From Pachysolen tannophilus NRRL Y-2460 (taxonomy: Eukaryota), in contig KV454015.1 in the NCBI GenBank assembly GCA_001661245.1, positions 1 through 64,000 of the forward strand: a stretch of DNA of 64,000 nucleotides, read 5' to 3'. A program made the position numbers and the translations under genes. The notes beneath the pieces were generated by a model. It had not been told where the DNA came from. It saw only the letters and a list, made by a program, of their open reading frames with translations, and searched no databases. Positions 20,774 through 31,857 of this stretch are shown piece by piece (the first letter of the stretch is position 1; each line of letters begins with the position of its first letter).

Positions 20774-22444
20774 CTAGTCCTGAAAGGAAGACTCTTTTTT
20801 GCCCTTACCAGAACTTTCCCTAAACTCATCTGCTGTGTTTTCCTTATCCAGCGTTTCACCATTATTTACACGAACAGTAAAACCACCTCTAGACTTTCTT
20901 CTCCCACGGCCACGGCCTCTACCCCGACCTCTTATAGGAGATCCATAATGACCCCCACGATTGGAAGATACACTTGAAGGTACATTTCCGTAAACAGAAA
21001 ATGTAGAATCACTACCTATTGAATCTTCTTCATTTAAATCCTCTTCTTCATCCTCAAATAGATGAGGGTTACTCACCTCTGATGTCACATCTTTTACTAA
21101 TTGGTCAAAATTGGTACTTCTATCCTTAGATAAATTTTTAATTCTTAATTTCAAATTTGTCGTTGTTCTGGGAGTTTTTGAAGCTAAATTTCCATTCCCA
21201 GTTTTTGGTGTATTGGAAGCACTACTGGCAGTCAGACCATTTAAACTAGGTCCACCTGTCAAAGGTGGCCTACCTCTCTTTTTCTGATTTTGCGGTTGTG
21301 GTTGACCATTATCCGATAATTGTACAAGTTTCTCTTGTTGATCTTGCTGCTGTAATTGCAAATGTGGAGGATTTGTTAAAGGAGGTGCATCTGCAGCATT
21401 ATTAGCCATCATTTCACCAACATATTGTAAATTTGGTTTAGCAAGATTTTTATTTGGATCTAAACCTTGAGCTTTCAAGTCGTTAATCACTTTTAGACCT
21501 ATTTCATCCTGATCAACATCATCCAATATTTCACCACATATTATGGCAGCATTATCTTGAGAAGTAAATTCCCTTTGATGAGCTAAGCGGCAATGATTGA
21601 GGAATCCTTGAGCACTTGAAAAATTACATCTATTACAATTTGAACAAGTTAATCTTACCAATACACCATCTGTTCTCTTGTATATACAATCACCTGAATA
21701 TCTTCCAGAGCTTGGTCTCAAAGATGAAGTATGAGATCTGGTTCTAGAATATAACGAATCATACGTTGCACCTTCAGATTGATTTGATGGAGGAGGCATT
21801 CTATTATCATCTAAATAGTTATCATTCCATGCCACTGATTTATGTCTATTATACAAGTTTTTAGTATCTTCTAATATCCTAAGATATTTCTTAGTGAATT
21901 CTGGTGATTCATTAGATAGCACTGATTTAGGATCAATATTATATTTATTTCTCAAGGCAATCATTTGTGCTTCACATTTCCCAATTTCTTCCTCAATTTC
22001 TGTTAACTGATTATGTTTCAACAAGATCTCTAAATCAAATTGATGGCTTATTACTTCTTTTACTCTTTTTGCCTTCTCTTCTGGTGATAAATTGGACTCT
22101 TTTTGTATTGATCTAGGTTCATCATAAATACCATCAATCACTCTCATTCCTTGGTTACCACTACGATTCTCACCATCACTCATAGTATTCCCAATATTCC
22201 CAACTTTTGAACTATTACCATATTCACTAGTCTCTTCTTTGAATTCAACATCATCCGATGCCATAGTTTCATCCAGTGGCGACCTGTTTTTGGAACTACC
22301 ATTACTATTCGTACTCTGAGTTTGTAAAACAGTTTCATCTGGATCAAGATGTTGGCCGCTTTGCCCGTTATTACGCACATCATCAACATTTTCATCATCA
22401 CCAGACAATGGCGACCTGACTGACTCTAACATGGATCCAGCCAT
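20774..22444 (-). CDS. AHC1: ADA histone acetyltransferase complex subunit Ahc1
   Basis: 'QFDLEILLKHNQL' and 'CSNCNRCNFSSAQGFLNHCRLAH' zinc finger; close to DDL1/SFM1 as in S. cerevisiae. First ATG is at 22444. Confidence 0.85.
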   Translation of the reverse strand: MAGSMLESVRSPLSGDDENVDDVRNNGQSGQHLDPDETVLQTQSTNSNGSSKNRSPLDETMASDDVEFKEETSEYGNSSKVGNIGNTMSDGENRSGNQGMRVIDGIYDEPRSIQKESNLSPEEKAKRVKEVISHQFDLEILLKHNQLTEIEEEIGKCEAQMIALRNKYNIDPKSVLSNESPEFTKKYLRILEDTKNLYNRHKSVAWNDNYLDDNRMPPPSNQSEGATYDSLYSRTRSHTSSLRPSSGRYSGDCIYKRTDGVLVRLTCSNCNRCNFSSAQGFLNHCRLAHQREFTSQDNAAIICGEILDDVDQDEIGLKVINDLKAQGLDPNKNLAKPNLQYVGEMMANNAADAPPLTNPPHLQLQQQDQQEKLVQLSDNGQPQPQNQKKRGRPPLTGGPSLNGLTASSASNTPKTGNGNLASKTPRTTTNLKLRIKNLSKDRSTNFDQLVKDVTSEVSNPHLFEDEEEDLNEEDSIGSDSTFSVYGNVPSSVSSNRGGHYGSPIRGRGRGRGRGRRKSRGGFTVRVNNGETLDKENTADEFRESSGKGKKESSFQD

Positions 22445-22684
22445 ACCCAACAAATGCAATATCTATATATATAGATATATATATATATATAATGAATTAT
22501 ACATATAATTTACTGTTTTTGTTTCCACTTTATTTTTTTTTTTTTAATACTACAATTTATAGTGTTGGTCTCCGTTTTAAGGCACTACTACATTACTATA
22601 ATCAATAATTACACAATAGATTTATATATTGATAGCTAATTTGAATTCATGAATATGGATATGGTACTGATAACATTGATGTGG

Positions 22685-23593
22685 TTATACTATTAGTGCT
22701 CCATTTGTGTTTTGGAATGTATTGGTTTGTTTAGAATTTTTATTAAGCAAATTTTTTTTATTTCTATTATTATTATTACTTTCAGGATTTTTCATCTTTC
22801 TTATGTAATTCTTGTTAAAGATATTATTTTTGTGGTTTATCTTTTTTTCTTTATCGTTTAAACTGCTATCTGAATAAAAGGAAAACATTTTTTGTAAAAA
22901 AAGTTTATGTTGGCTTGTATTCATAAATTCATCATTACCTCCATTGCAATTTGTACCTTCTTGAGTAGATGTACTTAATTGTGAAATTCTTAATGATTCT
23001 AAATCACTTAGCGATAATCCAGCATCTTCAAGAACAGTAGAGTAACCGCTACTTTGTGATTCTAAATCTGAAGCGCTTTTGGAAGACAATAAATTTTCAT
23101 TTTGCAGAAGTAATGAAACTTCCTTTGTTGGGTCAAGATCAATATTTGAAATTGTCCTAGGAGGTGCAGGAGGTAACGAGGAAGGTGGCATTGATAATGG
23201 TACTTGCAGTACCAATGATATTGGTTCTGCAATATCATTCGAACCAGATTTGTGTGGAAACTTTCTTTGCCTTGGTCTACCTCTGGATTCTTCTGATTTT
23301 GGAAGTTTTGAAGTCTTTATTAAATTGCCATTTGAGATTTGTTGTTTTAATGCTTTTCTTTTCCCAATTCTTTTCATAATACCAGTTTTTTTAGTAGAAC
23401 CAACTGAACAATTGAAATCATCATCTTCTTTAACACCATTTCTGGGGGTTTCCTTCTCACTAGAAACTAATTTATCTTCATGGATTGGAATTTTCTTTTT
23501 AGCTCCAAATTTATTTTCAGTATTAATAATATTTGAATCTTTAACCCCCTTTCTCCCTTTTGTTTGAGTATTAGTTTTTTTAGTTAAAATCAT
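22685..23593 (-). CDS. Hypothetical Lys/Ser/Asn-rich protein with an AT-hook-like RGRPR motif
   Basis: Open frame of about 300 codons filling the AHC1-RCF1 interval; no recognisable domain; first ATG at 23593. Confidence 0.55.
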   Translation of the reverse strand: MILTKKTNTQTKGRKGVKDSNIINTENKFGAKKKIPIHEDKLVSSEKETPRNGVKEDDDFNCSVGSTKKTGIMKRIGKRKALKQQISNGNLIKTSKLPKSEESRGRPRQRKFPHKSGSNDIAEPISLVLQVPLSMPPSSLPPAPPRTISNIDLDPTKEVSLLLQNENLLSSKSASDLESQSSGYSTVLEDAGLSLSDLESLRISQLSTSTQEGTNCNGGNDEFMNTSQHKLFLQKMFSFYSDSSLNDKEKKINHKNNIFNKNYIRKMKNPESNNNNRNKKNLLNKNSKQTNTFQNTNGALIV

Positions 23594-24165
23594 AACTGAA
23601 TTTAACAATTTTAACCTCTTATCAATTATAACAATCAATTGTCCAATAGATAGAACTTCTTAGTTACAATACCTTTCTTCTTTTTACTTTTTTACTTTTT
23701 TTGAAATAAAATGTAAAAAAAATTTGTATAAATTATTTATCATATGCATTGTTTAGGGGGTAATATAATATTTATTATTCACCTATACAAATTTACAAAA
23801 ATTACAAAAAACATCATTTAAGTCAAATTTTTTCTTTCTTTCTTTCTTTCTTACTCTTCTTTGTAAAAACAACAACATCAAAAGAAAAAAGAAATAAGAA
23901 AAAAACAGAGATAGATTCATTCAAACTTATTTAGTTATCCGCGGTGGGTTATCAACATGAGAAAATATGTAATGCGGTTTGTCATAAAAATCAAACATCA
24001 AAAAACAAACAAAAATATAAAAAAGTAAAATAAGGTCATTAAAATGAAAAAATAAAAAAATAAAAAAAAAAAAAAAATTTATTATCTACAAGAATATAAG
24101 GTAGAATAGATAGTTCAGTTCATAATACCAACCAAGAAATAAAATTTTATTCTTGAGAGCTATTA

Positions 24166-24680
24166 TTAGTTTTCTGAATTTTCTTGTGCATCCAATTTAG
24201 CCTTTCTTGCAAGAGCTGCTCTTTGTTTTCTTAATTGTATTTCTTCATCTCTTCTTTCTAATTCACGAATCCATAAACTTTCTCTCAACTTTGCCTTTTC
24301 TCTAGCAGGATCCTCACCTTGTTGTGAAATCTTAACAGCATCATAAAGGTAAGAACCTCCAACTAAAGCAACTAAAGTTAAACCTTGAAGACCAACTCTC
24401 CATCTAAACCATTTTTGTGCAGAAACCCTATCACCAGTTTTAACCCCTCTAGCAGCTAACCCCACCGCAACACATGTAGCCAAACATCCAATGGGAACAA
24501 GTGGTTGTTGCTTACATCTAAACCAAATTTTATCTAAAACAGGTAACCTAGAAAAAAAATAATCATAATTTTTAATTAGTTTCAAAAACTTAATAAAATA
24601 AAATAAAAAAGTATATTAACTTACTGTTTGAAATCATCAGATGATGTATCAAATGAAGATGGAAAATTCTCTGAAGCCAT
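24166..24680 (-). CDS. RCF1: Respiratory supercomplex factor 1 (HIG1 domain), 2 exons
   Basis: Exon 1 24680-24625 (MASENFPSSFD...); intron 24624-24548 (GTAAGT..AACTAAT..TAG); exon 2 24547-24166 with 'KQQPLVPIGCLAT' and 'FRWRVGLQ'. Confidence 0.92.
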
Positions 24681-25211
24681 TATGAAAAGATCAAACAAAA
24701 AAAAAAATTTTTTTCTCACAATAAAAAAGGTATCAACTATTCAATTTAAATTAATTGAATCATAAAATTGTAAACTTTTTGGTTCAAAAGATAGAGATAT
24801 CGGTTAAAAAAGAGAAGAAGAGAAAAATTCTAGGGCGCTCGATTTTGCCCTTAGAAAAATTTCAAATTGGGGCTGTTGGGCTAGATTGGGTTGTGCTGGG
24901 AAATGTATAATACCAATATGATAATGAAAAGTTAAGATGATTTTTTTTTAGTTAAAATAACGTTTATTTTAAGGTATAGATAAAATCTAATTAGTTAAAT
25001 GGAAGGTATTTATATGGATTATTCAAAGCAGTTTAAAAGTTTTTTTTTTTTTTTTACAAAAAAAGTTAAGAAAGTGAAAAAAAAGAGTAAAAAAAAAAAG
25101 AATGAAATTTGGCAAAAACAAAAAACAAAAAAAAAATTAATTGTTAACAATATGTCAATGGGTTTGACATAGCTTACAAGTTGCAAGTTGTAACTTATAA
25201 GTTGAAGGAAA

Positions 25212-25775
25212 TTACTCACTCAAGACAAATTCTTTCAATTCCTGGTAAGCTTTTTCTAAATTGTCATTAACGATGATTTTATCATGAGCACCTGTTTGAG
25301 CATATTCCATTTCAGCAGCAGCAGCATCAATTCTTTTATCAATACTTTCTTGAGTTTCTGTACCTCTACCAGATAACCTTTTCTTTAATTCTTCAATTGA
25401 AGGTGGTGATAAAAATAAGAATCTAGCATTTAAAGATGTCTTTTTAACAGATTTAACACCTTGCATATCAATATCTAGTATACAAGTTTTCCCTTGTTTT
25501 GTAGCAACATCTTCAACAGCTTTTATAGTAGTACCATAATAATTTCCAGAAAATTGAGCCCATTCAATAAATTTATTTTCATCAATTAATTTTTTAAATT
25601 CTTCAGTACTAACAAAATTATAATCTTTACCATTAATTTCACCTGGTCTTGGTTTTCTAGTTGTATTACTTACAGAAAATCCAAATTTATCAGGATATTC
25701 TGCAAATAATTTTTTCAATAAAGTAGATTTCCCAGTTCCTGAAGGACCTGAAATAACTATCGGACGACCAACCAT
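25212..25775 (-). CDS. GUK1: Guanylate kinase
   Basis: '[11 protein letters not shown]', 'TTRKPRPGE', 'FSGNYYGT', 'LDIDMQGV'. Confidence 0.97.
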   Translation of the reverse strand: MVGRPIVISGPSGTGKSTLLKKLFAEYPDKFGFSVSNTTRKPRPGEINGKDYNFVSTEEFKKLIDENKFIEWAQFSGNYYGTTIKAVEDVATKQGKTCILDIDMQGVKSVKKTSLNARFLFLSPPSIEELKKRLSGRGTETQESIDKRIDAAAAEMEYAQTGAHDKIIVNDNLEKAYQELKEFVLSE

Positions 25776-26235
25776 TTTCTATTTTCCAAACTACTACTGA
25801 ATATTAAGTTCAATTGAGATATATTTAGTTATTATTATTATTATTTATTATTATTCATAAAACATATTTTTATATACACAAGAGAGAGAAATTTGAAAAA
25901 TTCAAAATTTCACTCACAAAAGAAAACGAAAACAGAAAGAAAAAAAAGGAAGTTTGAAAAAACACAAATTTCCAAAAAGGGAAAATTACAGAGTTGGCAG
26001 AAGAAAACAAAAATAAACCGAATAAACTGATCGCAGTGAATACCACTGAATACACTGAATACATTTAGTGAAGAAAATAAATTATTTTCTATTGCATTTA
26101 TTATATTGTATTGTTTTTTTCTTTGATTTTCTAATTTTCTTTACACCCTGCACCACCGTGTCACTTAACAACTAAGAGATCAAAGTTTTAACCAGTAAGA
26201 AAGTAAAAAAAAAAATATATTGATAAAAAAGTATT

Positions 26236-26670
26236 TCATATCATTAATGATTGTTCACATTGACCATTTAATATCTTATAAGTAAAACTCATACCTGCAC
26301 CAATAGTGAATAATCTAAAAATTAATTTTTTCCTTTTAATCACATCATCTTCATAACCTCTAGCAATAAAATGTTCATGTAAATGAATATCTATTAAAAC
26401 TGTTTGTACAGCAAAAATCCATGAATAAGCAATACTAAAAGTTGGATTATCAAGATCAAAAAGTTTCAGTAATATACAATTTAAAATTTCATTTTTAAAT
26501 TTAAAATCATCAATAAATATAAATGTTTTAGAAAATTGTAAAACAAAAATTAATCCTAATCCGAAAAAATATTTTAATAAAATAGGGAAAAAACTCTTTA
26601 CAGTCTTTATTACTTTACCACCAAGTGATGAAGAAGAACTTTCTTCTAAAATATCCTCCTTATCACTCAT
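26236..26670 (-). CDS. Small hypothetical membrane protein (about 3 TM segments)
   Basis: ATG-initiated 144-codon ORF with hydrophobic segments and a TATA-like (TA)n tract upstream; no family recognised. Confidence 0.5.
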   Translation of the reverse strand: MSDKEDILEESSSSSLGGKVIKTVKSFFPILLKYFFGLGLIFVLQFSKTFIFIDDFKFKNEILNCILLKLFDLDNPTFSIAYSWIFAVQTVLIDIHLHEHFIARGYEDDVIKRKKLIFRLFTIGAGMSFTYKILNGQCEQSLMI

Positions 26671-27115
26671 TTCTTATTCAAAATTCAACAATTTAACTCT
26701 TTTCCCCAAATACATATAAATAAATATATATATATATATATTTATGGGACATATATATTGTCTCGGCATCGAGTTTGGAAATAAGAAACCGCCTCCGTAC
26801 AAAAACAGAGATGATAAAAAAAAAAATAAAAAAAATAGAAATACCGAGCCAGCCCTTGTATTTAGTACCTTGTCATGAGGTCATCGATTTCCTTTTTTAG
26901 TAAATAATTTTTTTTTTATTTTTTTTTTTTTCTCATTTTCCGAGACACAGCCCTTAAACTGGATCATTTATATCATTTATATCTCGTATATAATCTTATA
27001 TAAATAAGAACGGCTGCTCCTTCTTTAGATTGCTATATATATAAAGGTAAATATTATGGTTTATTGAAATTTTTTAAATTTTTTAAATTTTTTTAAATTT
27101 TTAATCAATTGAAAA

Positions 27116-27886
27116 ATGACAGAAATTTCCAATAGAGATAATCCGCCTCAAGTTCCAGATGGATGGAAGGCGGTTTTTGATGATCAATATCAAACATGGT
27201 ATTATGTTGAATTAAGTACGGGTAAATCTCAATGGGAACATCCTAATGAGATTCAAAATCAAAACAATGGTGGTGCTCCTGAAGGAGCTCCACCAAGTTA
27301 TGAATCTGCTTCAGGGAATTCAGGAACAAATTCTGATGCAAACTCCGGGAAGCAAAGTGATGAAAAGGGATTTTTCCAAAATTCACTGCAACAAGGTTAT
27401 TCACAATATCCTCAACTGCAACAAACACTGTATACAGCTGGTGCACCTCTGCTGCAACAACAACAGCAGCAACTGCTGCTGCAGAGTAGGTTTGGTGGTA
27501 TGGGTGGTGCATTGGCAGGTGCAGGAGGTGGTTTGCTATTAGGTACGTTGATTAGTGATTTTGCTGGCCATCACTCACATCGTCATAATTTCTTGGGTAG
27601 TGGTGGATTTGGCGGTCCTGGAGGTTACACCGGGTTCGGTGGTGGTTTTGGAGGGCACGGAGGTCCTCCACAAGGAGCCCCAGGTGGCGGCGGATTTGGA
27701 GGATTCGGCGGCTTTGGTGGTAACGGCGGTGGTGGTGGTGGCCACGGAGGCGGTCCAGGAGGCGGCGGTTTCGGTGGCTTTGGCGGTTTTGGTGGCGGCG
27801 GCCCAGGAGGCGGCGGCTTTGGAGGAGGCGGCTTTGGAGGCGGCCCTGGTGGCGGCGGCGGAGGTGGAGGTCCTGGTGGATTTTAA
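27116..27886 (+). CDS. WWM1: WW-domain protein with Gln-rich and Gly-rich tail
   Basis: 'NPPQVPDGWKAVFDDQYQTWYYV...SQWEHP' WW domain; 'PPSY'; glycine-zipper 'GGALAGAGGGLLLG'; adjacent to CDC4. Confidence 0.88.
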   Translation: MTEISNRDNPPQVPDGWKAVFDDQYQTWYYVELSTGKSQWEHPNEIQNQNNGGAPEGAPPSYESASGNSGTNSDANSGKQSDEKGFFQNSLQQGYSQYPQLQQTLYTAGAPLLQQQQQQLLLQSRFGGMGGALAGAGGGLLLGTLISDFAGHHSHRHNFLGSGGFGGPGGYTGFGGGFGGHGGPPQGAPGGGGFGGFGGFGGNGGGGGGHGGGPGGGGFGGFGGFGGGGPGGGGFGGGGFGGGPGGGGGGGGPGGF

Positions 27887-27997
27887 ATACACCTAAAAAA
27901 AAAGAACCTAAACTAAAGATACACCGTTTTCTTCTTTATTTGCCGCAAATCATAACCTAAACTAACCTAACTTAACCCCACGAGATCTGAATTTTGT

Positions 27998-28037
<40 letters not shown>

Positions 28038-28468
28038 TAATTGTCGAAATAGTTACTTCTACCTTTTTTTTTTTCAAAATCCCTTGCTAACGAAATAGAC
28101 TCATTCATCTTAACTGCAACAATCTCATCTTATCTTATCGCTAATCATCTCTCGTGGTTTTAACTGTTGTTTTAACTGGAAACGAGTTCAGATTCGGTTA
28201 TGTAACACTTGAATTTTCCATTTTTGGAATTTTTTCTTTGTAATTTAAGTCTGGAAAGAAGAATTCCAACAAAATAGTTTTTTGTTACCAAAATTTATAA
28301 TATATAATATATTAGTAAATTATAAAATTTAAATAAGGTAAAAGCTAAAGAAGTTTTGTGGAAGATAGATAAGTAGAGATAAAGAGTAGGTTATCTTGTA
28401 CTTGAAGAAAGAAAAAAAAAATAAAAAGGAGAAGAAAAATATTGGATTTTTTTTTTCCACAAGATATA

Positions 28469-29156
28469 ATGGATAGGAGTGATAGCCATCCCCCTCTTTA
28501 TCCTTTGTTGAATGTTGAACCTAGCATCAGATTTAGGACTTTGAAAAATGAAGAAAATGATTATTCATCAGGGGTAGAAAGGCCATATAGGATAAGGATA
28601 GTAAATAATTATAGTAATCAGCATGGTGGTAGGACCGCTGTTACAGGTAGCCTCAATAACAATAGTAATAACAATAACAATACAGGTAACGCTAACGTTA
28701 ACTCTAACTCCAACGCCAACGCCAACGCAAACTCCAGCGCTAACATCAGCGCCAACACCAGCACCAGCACCAACAATAGTGATAATAATACCAGCTCTTC
28801 AACTGAAGATAACAACGAATCAGGATCTGCGATGTTACTTGTACAAAATGGTATAAATAATAGAACACCGCTGCAGGCGACTGTTCTGGATAGGTTTATT
28901 CTGTCAGGTTTTGCAAGGTCTTCAAATTCAAGAAAGAGAAATATTGATGATCAGCGCTTGAATATTAGTACCTTGAGGTTAAATGCTGATGAAAATATTA
29001 AAAATGAAATTTTAAACAATACAATACCAACACCTGTATCTTATACTTCAAATCAAATACCTAATAATGAAGATAACAAAATGACCAACATCAACGCCAA
29101 TACTAATACTAATACCAATACCAATTCCAACACCAACACTGCCAATACTACTACTA

Positions 29157-29194
<38 letters not shown>

Positions 29195-31228
29195 ACTTCA
29201 ACTTCTAATGGTACAAATAGGTTAAGCTTGGATTCTCCACCAAATAAGAGAAGATTACTAAATGATAGTAATAGTTTCAGCAGCGTTAATACAACTACTG
29301 AAGATTCAAACCAGAATCAAATGATACCGCCTTCTTCAAGTTCTAATAATAGCAGTAATGACACGGACGAACAGCAACCACCTTTGCCATCACCTAGTGC
29401 TTCTCCTATTCAATCTCAAAATTATGAAGATGACGAATTACTTATTGATGATAATGACGAAGAAAATTGGAAAAAAGATGCATTTTTAAGAATACCGAGA
29501 ACAGAAAAAGAATTAACTTCAATGATTGAAACTTTAATAGAGTTCTTACCACCAGATTCTAAAGGTAGAAATGCTTTAACTTGGAAATTGTTATCTCAAA
29601 CTAATAGAACAAGCTTATCAATCTTAAATAATACAATGAATAAATCTTTGAGAAGAGATTTAATTAGTAATTTACCTTTTGAAATTAGTTCAAAAATTTT
29701 AAGTTTCTTGGATTTTAAAAGTTTGGCGAGATGTCAACAAGTTAGTACCAATTGGTTCAAAATTGTAAACAAGTCTAGTAATATCTGGAGAGATTTGTTA
29801 ATAAGTGATAAATATGTTAAAGGCGAAGATGAAATTTTTCAAGAGCTTTCACAGAAACAAGAATTATTGTCCCATTGGTTCCAAAAAGATGAATTAATCC
29901 AAAATTTAGTAGATGAAACAAATAATGGTTCACCGCAAGATTTACTCTATAAAACTTTGTACAAAAAAAATCATTTAATACACAAAAGATGGATGGATCC
30001 AACCTATCAACCAAAGAGAATCAGTATTAAAGCTCATGGACGTCATGTAATTACATGTTTACAGTTTGATAATGAAAAAATCATTACAGGTGCAGACGAT
30101 AATGTTATAAACATTTTCTCTACTGCTACTGGTGCTTTGAAAACAGCTTTAAAAGGCCATACAGGTGGTGTTTGGGCATTAAAGTATTACGGCAATACTT
30201 TAGTTTCAGGTGCTACAGATCGAACTGTTAGAATTTGGAATATCAAACAAGGTAGATGTACCCATGTCTTTAGAGGACACACTTCTACTGTTAGATGTTT
30301 GGATATATTGACTCCTGTTCTGATTGGATTTTCTTCAACAGGTGAAAAGATTATGTTTCCGCCAGAGCCTTTATTAATTACAGGTTCCAGAGATAATAAC
30401 ATTCATGTTTGGAAGTTACCAATAGCCAATGAAGACGATGAAGATAATGGCATTTTGGTTGATGAGGCAGAAACCGAAAACCCTTATTTTATTAAAGCTT
30501 TAAGAGGTCATACTGCTTCCGTTAGATGTATATCCGGTTACGGTAATATTGTTGTTACTGGGAGCTATGACATGACTGTTAGGGTATGGGACTTGATGAC
30601 GAATAGGTGTAAATTGGTTTTAAGAGGTCATGCTGATAGAGTCTATAGTACGGTATTAGACATTAAAAGAAATAGATGTATTTCAGGTTCAATGGATTCA
30701 ACTGTTAAAATCTGGGACTTGGAAACAGGCTCTTGTATGGCTACTTTGGATGGTCATAGTTCTTTAGTTGGATTATTGGATTTATCTGACACAGCACTAG
30801 TCAGTGCAGCTGCTGATTCAACATTAAGGATCTGGAATCCGGATAACGGTGCCTCCCGTTTCCAACTAAAGGGTCATCTTGGTGCTATAACATGTTTCCA
30901 ACACGATGATAAGAAAGTTGTAAGTGGTTCTGAAAGAATGCTCAAGCTATGGAATGTCACCACTGGAGAATTCGTTAGAGACTTACTTACAGATGTAACT
31001 GGAAGCATATGGCAAGTAAGATTTGATCATAGAAGATGTGTTGCCGCAGTTCAGCATCGTAGTAATGACGGCGATGAGACAGTCATTGAAACAGTCATTG
31101 AGATCTTAGATTTCGGTTACCCATTATATAGTAACACCCCACAAGAGCTTGAAGACAATCCCGTCATGATGACCAATCTCCTACCAGGAGTAGATGATGA
31201 CGGTGATATCGAACTTCAATATGCATAA
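28469..31228 (+). CDS. CDC4: SCF F-box/WD40 substrate receptor Cdc4
   Basis: F-box 'DLISNLPFEISSKILSFL'; WD40 repeats 'VITCLQFD', 'GHTGGVWAL', 'GHTSTVRCLDI'. First ATG is at 28469. Confidence 0.95.
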
Positions 31229-31857
31229 TAGTTACTTATTATTTAATTCTTTAATTATTTAATTCCATCCATCCATTGTTTTTTTTCTTCTTTGCTACAT
31301 TCTTCTAGTATCTCTTATCCTTTTTCCTCATCTTCATCCTCGTCATTGACATTGACATTGACATTGTTGTCGTCGTTGTCGTTGTCGTTGTAAAATCTTT
31401 TCATTAAACCTTCTTTGGAGTAGTGCGCACAAATACCAAACGGTCTGTTTTTGGGATTTGTCTGTGTTCACTTCATCTACGATAACTAAATGAAACGAGA
31501 GAAATACCAATAACTTTTATACCTTATATATATACTAAACTTTACTCTGATTGATTGACATATTTATCACTTGAATTTAGGTTTGATTCTTCATTGAAAC
31601 AGTTTGAATTGTGGGTTTTTGTATTTGTTAGTCAATTGATTTTTTTTTCATTTTCTACTTGATCATATATATGTCAGTATACATATATATCGAGAAAAGA
31701 AAAACTGAAAATCATCGATCTTTTGGAAACTTTAGATTTGACTCTTAAGACTGTGTGAAGTAAAAAGTATTTTGTGGAAGCTAGTTATCAACTGAATAAG
31801 ATTTTTTTTCTTTTTTTCTTTTTTTTTTTTTTTGTAAGTTGAATTAAAAATTGGTGT

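Noticed and set aside
23079..23567. 162-aa plus-strand ORF
   Set aside because: Antisense mirror of the minus-strand ORF; non-ATG start and no domain.
27243..27896. Overlapping alternative-frame and antisense ORFs in WWM1
   Set aside because: Explained by the stop-poor, GC-rich Gly/Gln repeats of the real gene.
28080..28250. Possible snRNA because of an Sm-like ATTTTTGG
   Set aside because: No U1/U2/U4/U5 conserved elements (for example the U5 loop GCCTTTTAC) and no telomere template match nearby.
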